Below, piece by piece: positions 1 to 13,370 of a stretch of 64,000 nt of DNA. Below the pieces are notes generated by a model. That model was not told where the DNA came from, did no database searches, and saw only the letters and a program-made list of their open reading frames with translations. A program made the position numbers and the translations under genes. The number at the start of each line of letters is the position of its first letter. Position 1 is the first letter of the stretch. This DNA comes from Dipteris shenzhenensis (lineage: Eukaryota). Where the stretch lies: the NCBI GenBank assembly GCA_047967505.1, contig CM106538.1; one strand, written 5' to 3'.

Positions 1-242
1 CTATTTGGACACAGAGATTGCATTCTAGAATGGGACAACAGTTTCCTCAGGCATATGCTTTCTTCAGAATGTCCCTCAAGCAATCTTTATATGATAGTTA
101 TGCTGCGAGGGACTTGGATGCTACTAGCCTTGAAGTGTTTTCTGACTGTTTTTGAGTTCTTCCATTAGGCTCTCTTTTGGAGTCTAATGTCATGTACATT
201 GATTTCATGTTAATTTTATAGTTACTGGTTTCACAAAAAAAA
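1..242 (+). mobile_element. Probable 3' end of a degenerate LINE ending in an A-tail
   Basis: T-rich 3'-UTR-like tract ending in A8 at 235-242; resembles the LINE tail at ~3500-3610. Confidence 0.4.
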
Positions 243-619
243 GTATGTATGTATATAGGCAAGATCAAGGTGCATATCTACACTCCACTCGGACCATGAT
301 CACTAAGTTTTCCCATCAGAGAGCATGGACCAACAGACCCTTGGGAGATAACAGAGCCGAGGTCTAGAGCAAGACACGACAGAATTGCCATCGGGTTGAT
401 GCACAGATCAGGATTAGGGACCTTCTCTCCATGTTCACTGAACTGGAGGCATGACTGACGGGTGTGACAGATCTGATATAGGGCCATAGCTAGGAGACCA
501 CAAAAGACCATACATATGGACTGTTGCCAGCATTCTATCACAGTTTTATGGCACTGCAGCCTGGTACACCGCCCTCTCCCTTGGGCTTGACCCTTTCACT
601 ACATTGAGGGCTTTTCTGA

Positions 620-1595
620 AGTCAACCATGCTTGGGCTGAGGACTCAATTCCAGAATTCGCCTTTGTTTTTTGGCAGCCAGCTAGTGCATGTGTTTCCAT
701 GAATGCCAACGCAGGATTACCAGAGTCTTACTCGGCACAAATGCCTTGTGTGGGTGGTGGAGGTTGTAGATTTGCCTTTATACTGTAGGCAAGCCTTGCC
801 CTATGTGCGTAAAGTGTTGGGGAAAGTCGTATGTTCTCCACGCTCTCCTAGAAATGCCAATTGATTTTGTGTTCTATGGGATACTGATAGACCCACACCT
901 CCTCATGTTGATTACAGTGGAGATGTAGGGTATGCCTTCTTAGCAGGTGTTTTTAAAGTTGAAATGGGGTAATTTTGCACGTGCGTGTTTTGAACGAGGC
1001 AAGTTTGGCCATATGCAATTTGAGTGTCCTCAACTCTTATTGAAGCCTCCCCCCGCGGCTACAGCCCCTAATGAACCCTCCTTGCCTAGGCCAGTTGTCA
1101 TGCAATAAACTCCATGGTTCAGGGGCTGTTACCCCACCTAAGAATAATGATAAGGGCAAGGCTAAAGTTGCTTCTGCTCCATCTAAATCGAGGGGTCAAA
1201 AAGTTGTGAGAGAAAAATTTTCTGCTTCTGATTGGCAACAGCCTAAGAAAACATTTAAGCCAAGACCCATCTAGTTAAAGCTGGACAAAGACGGCATCTA
1301 CATCCAAGGATGTCTCTTTGCGTGATGGTTTTGGTGTTGGTAACCTTTGGTCTGCTGTTGTTTGTTCCAATCCATTATTTTTGTTTCATATGGCTGCTAC
1401 TTCATCAGATAATCCAGTCTCTCCTTCGCCTGGTTCGAATAAAGAGCAAGGAAATGCTTATGATGGGTATGCTGGCTCACCAAACGTGGTGCAGCCATGC
1501 ATGTTAAAATCCTGAAATTTGAACTTGGTTTATCTCATACTATACGTATGTATATATCATTCAAATGCTTTTCCTATAATGTTCAGGGCTTCTAC
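620..1595 (+). mobile_element. L1-like LINE ORF1 remnant plus first codons of the APE endonuclease
   Basis: Degenerate zinc knuckle CFERGKFGHMQFEC at ~986-1028; KCFSYNVQG at ~1563-1589 matches the SxNVxG endonuclease start; cut by an LTR at 1596. Confidence 0.6.
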
Positions 1596-1950
1596 TGTAG
1601 AGATATATACAATGATATGGTGATGTAGGATAGACTAGGACTTCGTCTATTTTAGAGTTTTTGTGTGCTCTAGTACTTGGACTATACATACCAAGTACTT
1701 CTACTTCATTTGGTTGAACATTTCAGTTGGAGTTCACTTGTGTTCATGTCTTGTTCTCTTGTGTTCACAACTCTTCTCCATTCTTGTTCCTACATGTGGT
1801 ATCAGAGCTAGTCCTTCCAGCCCTGTCATTTGTTTCCCCGTTCTCCTGCGTGCTCCTGTTGGACTTCTGTCACGGAGAAGAAGTTAGTTTTTGCTGATTG
1901 ACTTCTCTTTTGGCTGTCCTGAGCTCCCACGAGCTTCGTGTGATCTTGAG
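1596..1950 (+). mobile_element. Ty1/copia-type 5' LTR (1596-1794), PBS (1797-1808) and short leader; rest deleted
   Basis: TGTAG...CCTACA followed by TGGTATCAGAGC (initiator Met tRNA PBS); similar to the copia LTR at 60342-60525. Confidence 0.8.
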
Positions 1951-3610
1951 CTTTAGTTTTGTTGCGAGATTTTGCACCAGGAAGCACTGTTTGTCAAGGA
2001 TGTCCACTCAATGCTTTGCTTTTTGCCATTGCTATGCACCCTCTCTTGATGCACATGGATGATTTGGTTTCTCGCCAGTATTTGCATGGCATTGATATTC
2101 CTGGAGTTGCTCCTTTTGTTAGTGAGGCCCATGCCGATGATTCCTTCTTTATTGCTCGGAATTCTGCCTCGGATGTTTGGCATCTTTTGCAAGCCCTTCA
2201 CTTATTTGGCCTTGCAGTTGGATTGAAGGTGAACTTATTTGGCACCTCATTTTATGGCCTAGATTGATATTGGTTATTGATGAGATTGTGTGTCATCTGG
2301 ATCATCACATTGGTTGGCATATTTCTCTGCCATAGGAAAGACTATGGATTTTGCGAAAGCTATTTCATAAGATAGATTATTGGAAGCTCTCCACATGGCC
2401 ATTACATATTTGTCTTTGAATAGTGGAGTCCATTATAATGGCTTATGCGCAATTTCATTTGCCATTGATTCCTTGGTCTTTTGTAGACATTGAGAAATTC
2501 ATATCCAGGGCAATGGGATGCTTTTGGTGCACGAAAACGGATCGTAAGGCGGTTTGCCTTCTAAAGTACAGCTATGTCTTTTTGCCCAAGATGCATGGGG
2601 GTTTAAATATTTTGAACTTTGCTTCATTTTGATGCATTTGGATAGTGGATTCTTGCTCTAGCTGATGTTATCTTTGGGCATCTACATGGTACCATTTCTG
2701 GTTGTCCACTTTCTACTCGCCTACTTCGAGATTGGCAGCTTCCGTTAGAACATCTGCATTGGTTAGGCCATCCCCAAGATCCTGGAAATACACTCTGTTT
2801 GCAGAGTATGCATTGGAGCTGGTTCTTCGATCCACGGTTGGCTCACCTTCAGCCTAGGAAGGCCTACTTTCTACATTGATTGGGTATCTCCATGATGGAT
2901 GATGTGGTGGATGATAGGGGTAATACTTTTTCTTTTCCACATGCTAGGAGACAATTTTCTTTGGGTATGCATCACATGCCTATCTTGTGTATTCTCACTA
3001 CTGTGCTACTTCCTTTTCTCTTATGGATTGGAGGTTTAATGGAGGCTTCCAGGCTATTCTACTTTCTTCTTTGTGGATCTCACTACCAAGAGAGCTTAAG
3101 ATCTTCTCCTAACAAAGCCATGTATTCAAGAGTGTGGCCTTACTATTTGGCATCTAGACAAGCCACTCGCTACCTGGTTGCCCGTGATTTTCTTCCCAGA
3201 TTGGGGACTTATCTTTGTCACCGATTTCCTAGCATTGCTTTTGGCAGGAAGTTTTGGTTTTTTGGGAGAGATACCACTACTCCAGACTACATTCAGTTTT
3301 TCTGTTGGTGTCGTTATTGGGCTCTATGGTCTTTCTATCATGCGGCTCTATGGACAATCTATTGTGGTTGTTTATCAGTTCTTTCGTTCCTCCCTGCTTC
3401 GCTCCTTGCAGGATGTGCATTTCATGGGAAATATTTCTGCAGCCCAGCTAGAAGTGTTCTTTCATTGTTTTTAGTTTTCTTCTACTAGCTGTTCTTTGCT
3501 GGAGCAGCTACGATATGCTTTCTTTTTGGGGTTTTTTAGCATATGAGTAGTGGTTGCTATGAATGTAAATTTCTCTTAATGAAAGGTTCTTTTTACCCCC
3601 CCCAAAAAAA
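1950..3610 (+). mobile_element. Degenerate L1-like LINE ORF2 (reverse transcriptase and C-terminus) with A-tail
   Basis: CQGCPLNALLFAIAMHPL...AHADDSFF (QGCPLS and YADD-like motifs), LPKMHGGLNIL motif, many stops, A-run at ~3604-3610. Confidence 0.8.
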
Positions 3611-3662
3611 GTGTGTGTGGTGTGAGGAGAGAGCAGATCGGTGAAGCCTTCCACCTCCCTGT

Positions 3663-5010
3663 TGTAGGACATTTATGTCAACTGGCATGGAGATGTAGGC
3701 TAGTCTAGATTTATTTCTGTTATTTAGAATTGCCCTTGTTATGTGACACTGTGGGTCCATATATATACCTAGTGGTGCTAGATGTACTCTCACTCATATT
3801 GTGTTCATTCCTTATCCAAAGTTCACATTGGTTCTCTCTCTCCCGTTTTGTGTGTATGCTCATTTTGTTGTCCAGCTCTCTCCCTCACTCCATGCTCCTA
3901 CATATGGTATCAGAGCGAGGTTGCTGAGGGTCGAGTTGAGACTTGCTGAGATTGCGAGCATGAAGAAGTTCACATGTGTTCCATTTCTTGGTGTGAGGCT
4001 CAACCTCTGTAGCACCTGGGTGAGAGAAGTGTGGAGTGAGATCTGTGTGCTTTCGTGGAGAAAGGAAGTTCAAGCGCAGGTAGATGCCAAAATCATGAGC
4101 CTCCAAGCGACGAGCAGAGTGCTTACCAAAAGAGTGGGAGGACCCAATGCACGTTTTATGCTCGTCACCTAGCAAGCGCATGGTTGAACAGAAGTGACGT
4201 GATTGGAGTCTTCATTTCTAAGCTGGATTGGTGGTTCACCAGCGGTGGAATCGGGAAGGCAATGTTGGGGAAGAGGAGGCGTTGTGTACATTGTCAAAGT
4301 GCAACTCCTACCAAAATAATCGGTCATTGGCTAGAGCCTTTCAGCTCAGCTAATGTGACAGCAAGAGATGAGCCATTCTTTTCATTATAGGTCGATGCAG
4401 CCACAGCCCTTGGTCCTTTGGCAACTACTGTTGTTGGACCAGCCATGGTGAGGGTACCTTTTCCGCCAGCGAAGCGCTACATGCTGCCACTTTTACCTTT
4501 GTGAGACGGATCGACGAGGCAAGACAACTGCTCTTTTACAGCTGTTGATGACACACAAGTGCATTGATAAAGGCATCCGTGGTGCTTGTGATGCTCGCAA
4601 TGACATGCATCATGATGATAGCATGATGGTTTGGTGCGCCTACAATGTGATGTTTTCTGATGCTTCCCATAGATGTGACCTGCAAAAATCAACGTTCCTG
4701 ATTTCTTACTTCTTGATTACTTCTTTGTAAAGCAAAATCTCAAGAGCAGAGGAGATTTGTGAGTAGTTGGGTGTATGATTCTCTATTTTTGCAGGTCTTT
4801 CAACAATCATTTCACAAGGGAGTTCCTTTCATTTTTCAGAGTGAGACAAATTGGATGGCACGAATTATGCCATGTGGGCATTCATGGTCAAGCACATTCT
4901 TATTGGCAAAAGGACTTTGGGAAATAGTGATAGGAGAAGAGACTTATACTCTTGACAAACCTGCAACTCCTACGTCATCTAACTGCTACAGCTGTCACTT
5001 TATCAAAGGA
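3663..5010 (+). mobile_element. Truncated Ty1/copia element: 5' LTR 3663-3902, PBS 3905-3916, decayed gag start
   Basis: TGTAGG...CCTACA then TGGTATCAGAGC; FLLAKGLWEIVIGEE is a copia gag N-terminal motif. Confidence 0.75.
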
Positions 5011-5013
5011 GCT

Positions 5014-5910
5014 TTTTTTTTGTGTGTGTGCATAAAAAGTACTTCTATTAAGTATGAAAGAAAACCGCAGCAGCAAGCTCAATGCCGAAGTACATCATGC
5101 CATGCATGAGAGAAATCACGGCTCAAAAAGAGCTAGCAAATAACTAGGGTTGAGGCTGAAAATACCATGTCAATCCTAAAGCAGAATCAAAGAAGAAAGG
5201 AGATCCCCTCCATACTTTGAAAAAAGTGTTCCTCTGATCAGAGGCTGCTCTCGATGACCCGTGCATGCTCATCCAGATGGCCATCCAGGTATGTATAGTA
5301 TCAGTCCAAATACTGGCCCATGTCTAAAGGGTGAACTTGGGATCCATCCACTCTCCAAATATGCCAGGCTGCAATACTATCTAGAATCTCCAATGAAGTG
5401 TCTACAAAAGCATGTGCAGATCTGAAAGGAGTGAATGAGACATTCTGGAGAGAGCATGACTCTACTACGTGTCGTTGAACAGAAAAAGCCCCATCTGAAT
5501 CATCTCTCTCAAAGAGGACCTGAGGCCCCGTAAGAGATAGCCAAGCAACTGAGCCCCAGGTTATGAAGAAGGGTGATGTATGGAAAGTGCATAAGATCCT
5601 AGCAACACCCTTCTAGATCATCCTTACTTGTTTGCACCCCCAAAGGCAATGTTGAACCGACTCAACTGCAGAATGGCAGCCCCGAACCTGGACCTCAATT
5701 GACATGTAGGGTCAGCCCGAACTTGGACCTCCATAAGTTCACTGCAATCCGTTTGTGAATAGAAAGCCAAAAGAATAGAGTGATTTTTTAATTCCTGAGG
5801 GATTTCTAGAGTCTCGTCTAAAAGTTTTTCTGCATATCTATAGAAATGTGTCAGCTGTGTAGGAGATCTAGAGGGCCTCCAACCTTGTTGTAGAATAGAG
5901 ATCATCCAAG
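5014..5910 (-). mobile_element. 5'-truncated LINE (the abundant family of this window)
   Basis: T-run at 5014-5021, family 3' motif ACTTCTATTAAGTATG, similarity to 28392-29300. Confidence 0.8.
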
Positions 5911-5914
5911 ACCA

Positions 5915-8560
5915 TTGAGTGGACCAGCAGACACGATCACCTAGTTGTGCCGGTCAAGCGGTGGACATGGTCACGAGGAGGCCATATTCAAATGGAGGTG
6001 ACATGGTCACAAGGATGACAGTTACATGGAGAGGACACGGTCACCAGGCTGACATATTCACTTGGCGATAACATGGTCACAAGGTTGACTCAAGTGTTGA
6101 CATGGTCACAAGGATGACACAAGTCATGGAGGCGACATGGTCACAAGGATAACGCAAGTCATGGAGAGGACATGGTCCCTAAGATGGCATAGTCACGTGG
6201 GGACATGGTCATCAGGAGGACATATCACCCAAGCACATGGCCATGCATCAAGGGTCTTCATGTCACGTAGTCGACCTCTACCAGACCTGACTCATAGGAG
6301 GCATAGATGCTTCATCTGGAGGTGCATTGTCAGATACAGGGTGGCTGTAGGTGGCGCACATGTAGTAGTTATAACGCATCGACTCGGCACAAGCTAGCCA
6401 TTGTAGAAGACTTGAACAGACAGAGCAGCAGGACGGCTAGGGATGAGGGGACAACCAATAGGAGAGAGGGAGGGGATTTCCCGCCGGGAAGGCGAGGGTG
6501 AACAGGGGAGATGAAGGGGATGGGGATTCATTTTGTACTGTACGGGGATTGAGAGTGAGAAGGAGAGAGGCTTGAGCTACGAACTCACTTGTTGCATTGT
6601 TATGGTGTATTGCTACCGTGGAGAGTGATCTTTGATCTCTGCTTCAGAGAGATTGGTGTATGAGGATCCCCTTTGATTCTATGTTATGTACTTTGCTCAG
6701 ATTATGTTGTTGTCTACTACTTCCTCCGTTATCTATCATCAGCGTTGTTCCTTCTTGTCTCCTTTCTGGATTTGTTCTTCCTGTTCCGATTCACAACACT
6801 CGGCACTCCGTAGCATGCATGATCCTTCGACGTAGTGTTGTGTCATAGGATCACACATCACGTAGTGTAGTGTAGTCGAAGTAGGGTTGTGTCATAGGTC
6901 CACACATCACCCACTTCACTCTTCTCACATCAGTGGCCTTAGGCCTCCGGTAACACTTCTGGAAGTGAGCGGACCTCTCCTCAGACAGTTTATGGCAATC
7001 ACGGTGGGACACTACTGATGTTGAGTAGCAAGAGTGAAGTGGTGTTTGAGGGTCCTAGAGGAGAAAGTTCTTATGCCGAGTAGTTCTGATACCCTTGAAG
7101 CTGCTAGTGAGAGAATTAGGAGGTATTTAAGGAGAGTGGAGAGAAGACTTTCGGTTGACCAAACTCGATACAAAAAGCATTACGCGAGATAGAAGTTCGC
7201 GGAGTCCTCACGGCGAGCATAAAGTGAACCCATTGGAGGAGTAGCTAGAGCAAGTAACTTCATCGTAACTCTCATTGATCTTGACCAACAAGATTCTTGG
7301 TGGTTAGATCGGGACTCCAAAGAAGAAGAAGAAGTAAAAAGCTGAGAGCGGGTGAAAGTGGCCCACCTTCATGCGACCAATCTATGCCTTCAAAGTACCC
7401 AGCGGTGGTTGAGAGCATCATCAATGATCTTCAAACCAATAGTTTCGAGGATGAGGGAAGCACACCTCAGTTTCCTTCCCGAAAGTTCAGAACAATGAAG
7501 TTCGCAAAGGAGGTGACAACCCTAGGACAGAACAGGGTAAGGAGGCACAAACATGGCCTTCCAATCTTCTCCAAGAGAGACAGCCATTGAGACATGGTAC
7601 GGCACAAGACAAAGGGAAGTGGGTGCTGGAAGAAACATTACATGAGTCAATGGCTGGACATTCACATTTGCACCTGCCACCTTGCGTGAGCTTTGACCCT
7701 CGAACAGAAGCTAGGAGAATGAGGTTACAAAAGGCAACTACCCAACCCTACTCCTTGATCCAAGACCTGATGGAATTCAGGCCCAACATTACGCTATAAC
7801 TTTATTTGTAGTCTCCAAAATCAAGGACCAGACCATTGCATTTTTGAAGTGCATGCCAGGGGGTCAACACAAGGCTGTTCAGGGTGGTCCCACAGTAAAG
7901 ACTGGACGGGGTCAGGACAACGTCACTGCTCAGCTTAGGCTGCCCTAACATGTTGAACAAAGTCCTAGGCTCACTGTGGATATTAATGGTGTGGAGCTGA
8001 AAGATGTCTTATTGGATGGGGATGCAACCGTGAACATCATGCCAAAAGGTATGCTACAACAACTGGGGTTGATGTTGGACCAGTGACGTCTATTTCCCAA
8101 GTTCGCATGGCTGATCAACGCAGAGTGAAGCCTGTGGGGGAAGTCAAGGATGTTAACATGAAGATTGGCGATGTAACATTCTTGTCCAACTTTGTTTTTT
8201 TGGACATGACCGAGGATGAACAAACCTATCCTTAATTCTTGGTCGACCATGGTTCCGGTCAACAAAGGCCATTCAAGATTGGTCCACAGATGAAGTTCGG
8301 TTGCCCTTAGGATCCACATCCCTGGAAATAGATATAGTTACGGGAAAGGCACGACACCGACCCATCGAACTAGGGGAAGAGAATTTTGAAGAGCAAGCTT
8401 GAGTGGAAGAGGAGCGTTGGGCTCTTGGGGACTGGCCCATCGCAGGTGACCAAGATGGAGGAAAGGAAGCACAAGCCGTGAAGGGTTTCGAAAGCTTGAC
8501 CTGCTTGCTAGATCATGATGTCCCAGATGAAGATGAAGTTGTTATCTTTGGTTGGATGGG
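5915..8560 (+). mobile_element. Degenerate non-chromoviral Ty3/gypsy fragment: partial LTR, PBS, gag remnant, aspartic protease
   Basis: LTR-like region with repeated ACATGGTCAC units ends ...GACA at 6987; PBS-like TGGCAATCACGGTGGGAC at 6993-7010; protease VLLDGDATVNIM...ILGRPW at ~7960-8280. Confidence 0.7.
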
Positions 8561-8925
8561 CACCTTGGGCTCCTTGTCCGGTCTGCAAATAGATTACAAT
8601 GTATACTTGTCATATACTGAAATTTTCAGCTGATGTACTCTTGGGCTCCCTTTTCATGGGAAACTATTTTGTAATATAAAGCATCAAAATTTTCACCCCC
8701 ACCAAAAAAAAAGTGTGTGTGTGTAGTTTGTAGCAGAGAAACGTTTCATTGTATTGGATATCTTTAGAAAACTTATGCTAGCATCCTTACTTTGATTGGG
8801 AAGTCATTCACAGTTCAAATATCATAAGATAGGAAAAACAATTATGTCTGTTTCAGCTTGTTTTGAAAATATATAAAAAAATACGTGCTTTTTCAAGACC
8901 TCAGGGAAGTTGTTAACATGTACAG

Positions 8926-9018
8926 GTTCTGCACAGAAGCTTGTAAAAATAGGTCAACCTGAAGATGATCTGAGGGGTAGACAGGATATTGATCTTCAAT
9001 GCACAGAGGGTATTCAAG
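8926..9018 (+). CDS. Host gene internal exon A (GSAQKLVKIGQPEDDLRGRQDIDLQCTEGIQ), product unidentified
   Basis: TACAG|...|GTGA; 93 bp, phase 1-1, open frame, in AT-rich non-TE sequence. Confidence 0.65.
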
Positions 9019-9802
9019 GTGATTGCTTGACTGCCTTGAGCTCTAAAATTTCTTCATGGATTTGTGTTCTAGCAGGACTTTTTTCATCTTGCCCTTTTTT
9101 CTGAGAATAATGACCTTCTCCATTGAATTTATAAGGTTGTTCATTTTTGGTGCTATAATGAAATTAAATGTACAATGGTGGGTGGGAGAACAAATCATAG
9201 GCAAGGTCCAATCCTGAAAATGGAAGTCCCAAATGCATTGGGTTGGCTAGCTAATGTAGGCAAGTCTATATACTGAAAACACAAAAGAAATGTTTCCTTA
9301 CTTGTGAACTTTTATGATCAACTTCATAATGGGAAGTTTTATTTTCCTTTAAGTTCCTGTTCCCAGAGGACAATGAAACAAAAAGGTTATTATCTTGTTC
9401 TTGATTCTGGAAACTCTTGGGCATGCAGTAAAATAATCTATTAACAACAGCTTGTCTTAGAGAAGTGTCTGCTCTCCTCGGTCTTGAATCAACACTTACC
9501 TTGCCATAGCAGAACCAGGAACCCCTAATTATATATGTAAATATATTTTTCTTTACTCCTAATGCAACATAACAATTGTTATTTCCTATGCTATGTGTGT
9601 AACAGATGCCTCTTTTTAGAATTTCAATAAAATGATAATATTATAGTCATCTTCTGATCATGTGAGGAAGAAATTATTTGTAGAGTAAATATGATCAAAT
9701 GGACTACCAAGAATGGTGTAGAAAGAAGGATCAACATCTGCGGATCCTACATGGATATTTGTCTCCCATCTATCTATCTCATCTTCAACGAGTTTTGTTC
9801 AG

Positions 9803-9863
9803 GTGCCAGGGTAAATTTGTCAGAAACTAAAATCGATGAAACAGCTCTCTGGAAAACAATCAG
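9803..9863 (+). CDS. Host gene exon B (GARVNLSETKIDETALWKTI)
   Basis: TTTTGTTCAG|...AG|GTAAG; phase 1-2, in frame with exons A and C. Confidence 0.75.
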
Positions 9864-10036
9864 GTAAGCTGAAGCTCTGTATAAACATGAGTGAGTATCT
9901 TCTCTGTAAATGTGCCATTCTCCCCCCCCCCCACCCCCCCACCCCCCGCCGCCCCCACGCACACACACACAAACACACACCTTGAAAAAGTATCATTGTC
10001 GAGGAACATATGTTTACAGAAGTTGCAATTTTGTAG

Positions 10037-10275
10037 TGTTGGAACTCAATGGACACCTGGTTCTGCATCTGCTGCTGCTGCCCTCTCACATCACAGACCA
10101 AAAAGCTATGCAGAATTTCCCACCCAAGGAATATCAGCAAGGAGTCCAGATAAGGCTCCCAAATTTGGATTAAAGACGGAGGAGGAGATGAAATCAATGA
10201 CTAAAACGAAATTGCAACAAAATGGAAAGCTTAGTTCATCGCACAAAAATGCCCAAAATCAAATAATGTCAGAAA
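10037..10275 (+). CDS. Host gene exon C (SVGTQWTPGS...NAQNQIMSE)
   Basis: TTTTGTAG|...|GTAAG; phase 2-1; frame equals ORF 9891..10361. Confidence 0.8.
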
Positions 10276-10370
10276 GTAAGATTTTTTTGAGGCCTTGGCA
10301 AGGAAACACTGAGAACTCTTTTCAAACGATGACCATTCTTGATTATATTGTTCTTCCTTGAGCTGTTCAG

Positions 10371-10463
10371 AATTCAGAATACTGGATCTTATCAGTGGTC
10401 AAGAGAGCAATGAACAACGGAAGACTTCACCTTCTGAACTTTATGCAGCTTATGCATTGGAAG
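10371..10463 (+). CDS. Host gene exon D (KFRILDLISGQESNEQRKTSPSELYAAYALE)
   Basis: Pyrimidine tract and TTCAG|...AAG|GTAAT; phase 1-1; 95-bp intron upstream. Confidence 0.8.
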
Positions 10464-11260
10464 GTAATGGATTTAGAGAAGAAGAGATTTCAATTAGCGG
10501 ATGCTCAAAATTAATATGTTCTATGGCTTTGTTTGACTATAGCAGATGTTAATTGCTCTCTTTTTTTTTCTCTTTTTTGTTCTGCACACAAACTACGAAA
10601 TGAAAAAACGTGACTTTTTTTGTCACATGAGATAATTTTACAGAGCATAATCCCTCGCTGATTTATGTGGGAGGTGAATGCTAGCATACAATGTGATCCC
10701 CAAAGTTTAGTGTGGTGTAAAACTGGTTCACTTAGTGTCGTTCAAAACTGCTAGAATCTTTTGGAAGTAATACATAATAGCTATTTTCTGCCTTCTACTT
10801 CAGAGCCAGATCTGCATAATATTGAGATATAGAATGAAAGTGTTATGCCAGCCATAATCAGGGCCTGGTTATGGTGAGGCGGGAGACCAAGAGGGCTTGA
10901 CAACACTTGCTTATTGGTGTGAGTACGAAGGCTTGGGTTGGCTTATACCTAGTCTTAAGCATAAATGAGGGGTGCAATAGGGGAGCCCTCTCTAAGGTTC
11001 CTAGTGGGACACACGGCACCAAACAAAGAGACACTTGGCAAGTGTTGGGTTCAGGGGAGGCTCCTAGGAAGGAGAGCTGATCTTGGAAAGAAAGAAAGAA
11101 GGTATCATAGGACAATGGTACATGTAGGTTCGTACGAGTGGTAGCTCTCATGAAGCCATGGCTGGGTGGTGAATCAAGTAGCCCTCCTTTGATGTAACAT
11201 TGGTATCAGAGCGGTGAAGAATCTGGGAGAAGCAGCCAGCAAGTCAGCGCCTCAGGAGAC

Positions 11261-13370
11261 TGTTGGAATATGAAGCCACAATGAGTCTAAAATGAGTGTT
11301 CTAGGTGGTCTAGGTGTGGTTTTATAGTCTAGTGAGTCCTAGACATGCCTCGTGTCATATTGGGAAATATCCCATAGACATTGTGACTTTCTAGAGTCTA
11401 GTGGCACACTATTTAGTGTTGTACTTGTCTATTGTCTAACACATCAGTCAACATCAAGCTTTATATCATGTGAGTATTTTGGTTATCATTGCCTAGCACT
11501 TGTTCTTTCATTTTCTTTGCATTTTGCCTTTCCATATTTCCATTCCGTTCCTAGTTAGCTTGGCATTCTCCTACCTCCACGTCTCTTCATATGGCATCAG
11601 AGCCAGCTTTCCTCAAGGAATGAGGAGGCCTTGAAGCCCATCCCAGACCTATGGAGAGGCTAGCTCCTTCCACTCTAGTTCCACTCTCCTCCTCTCCTTC
11701 CTTGAGCACTCCCTCTTCTTCCTTTGCCTCTCCACCTTGAGCTCCCTTCCAATCCCAAGCCTCACCAACATGAAGCTACCCATCTACGACATGATGCTGA
11801 GATTCTACCACGACTTGGAGCTGCCACATATCCCGTGCTTTCCCCGCCATTGCTCAGCCAACTGAGCCGCGGCCTCTTCTGCACTCCATCGACCTGCAAA
11901 CAGGCCGTACAGCCCGTCGCAAGCAGCCCGTATAGTCCGTATGGACTGTACTGACTGTTTTCGTGCAGTCCCATGCCATACCCACCTGCCCGTACACCTG
12001 CTGCTTACGCTCCCTCGTCATTTTCCCTCGGGACTGCCACCAACGGTAGCTGCTTCTGCACTCGAAATCCACGCCATCTCAGCTCTCTTTTGCTCGCCAC
12101 AAGGTCACCTTCCCTGCTCACTTGCTGCCCACGCTGCTTCTGCTGCCCACACAGCTCTAGCTCCTGCTGCCCACGCTGCACTTGCTGTCCACGCTGCCTA
12201 CGAATTCCGCCTATCTCCAGCTCATCTTTGTCCTGCAACAGGCCCTCTTCTCTGCCCGTCACTTGCTCCACATTCTGTCAACAACAAGTGAAGCTGCTCT
12301 GAGCTTGATGTGAGCTCCAAACACTTCCCGACTTCTCCGATTACCACCCCGATTGTCCTTGGTGCCTGAGCTCCACTTTTGACCAACTCTCTGAGTGCTC
12401 GTGATGCCTCCGGCCTCTACTTCGACATCGGTGACTCTCACTTAGCCATTTTGAGAGTCACTATGTGAGTGCTTCATTTAGCTACCCCATTGACTTCACC
12501 GACACATCTTTTGGGTCATTCCTGCCTAGCGCTTCATCGACTCGCAGGGATGTGCACACATGTGCATAAGCTACTTGGGGGACATCTCTTACTTCTAAGA
12601 GATCTATTTTTATTATTCCTACAGCTTGATGTATTTGGGGTCCTCTGCCCTAGGTAGTCCCCCTAAAATGATATGTATTGAGTGTTTGGTTTTCATTGAG
12701 TTAATAAAGGTTCTCAACCTTGGATAGTCCTCCTCAAATGATGTGTTATTTCCTTTATGAGTGTGTGGCTTCCTACCAAGTCCTATTATGAAGCTAGGGG
12801 GGAATGTATTGTGGGAGCCTTTCTATTGGCTTTGATGGGTCTCTCTATCAGGCCTGGCCGAGTTCCAGGATGTTGGTGCATTTCCCAAGACCGATTTGTT
12901 GGATCAAGTAGCCATGCTTCATTTGAGCCTCTGAGCTACTTGGGGTGCACAGAGCAGTAGACTCCATCATTGTCATGTTTTGTTCTTGGTGCCATTCCAG
13001 TAGTCTCTCACCTTGCCTTCATGGGGGGGTGTTGGAATATGAAGCCAAAGTGAGTCTAAAATGAGTGTTCTAGGTGGTCTAGGTGTGATTTTGTAGTCTA
13101 GTGAGTCCTAGACATGCCACGTGTCATATTGGGAGATATCCCATAGACATCGTGACTTTCTAGAGTCTAGTGGCACACGATATAGTGTTGTACTTGTCTA
13201 TTGTCTAATACATCAGTCAACATCAAGCTTTATATCATTTGAGTATTTTGGTTATCATTGCTTAGCACTTGTTCTTTCATTTTCTTTCCATTTTTCCTTT
13301 CCATTATGCTTTCCATATTTCCATTCCGTTCCTAGCTAGCTTGGCATTCTCTTACCTCCACATCTCTTTA
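11261..13370 (+). mobile_element. Non-autonomous, non-coding LTR element (TRIM/LARD-like, 2.1 kb)
   Basis: Direct LTRs 11261-11589 and 13030-13370; PBS TGGCATCAGAGC 11592-11603; G-run PPT 13023-13029; exact TSD GAGAC (11256-11260, 13371-13375); no gag or pol. Confidence 0.92.

Noticed and set aside
5940-6220. CRISPR-like array (ACATGGTCAC units with variable spacing; also 41450-41670)
   Set aside because: Repeats are short and degenerate, spacers resemble one another, the context is a eukaryotic LTR and no cas genes are present.
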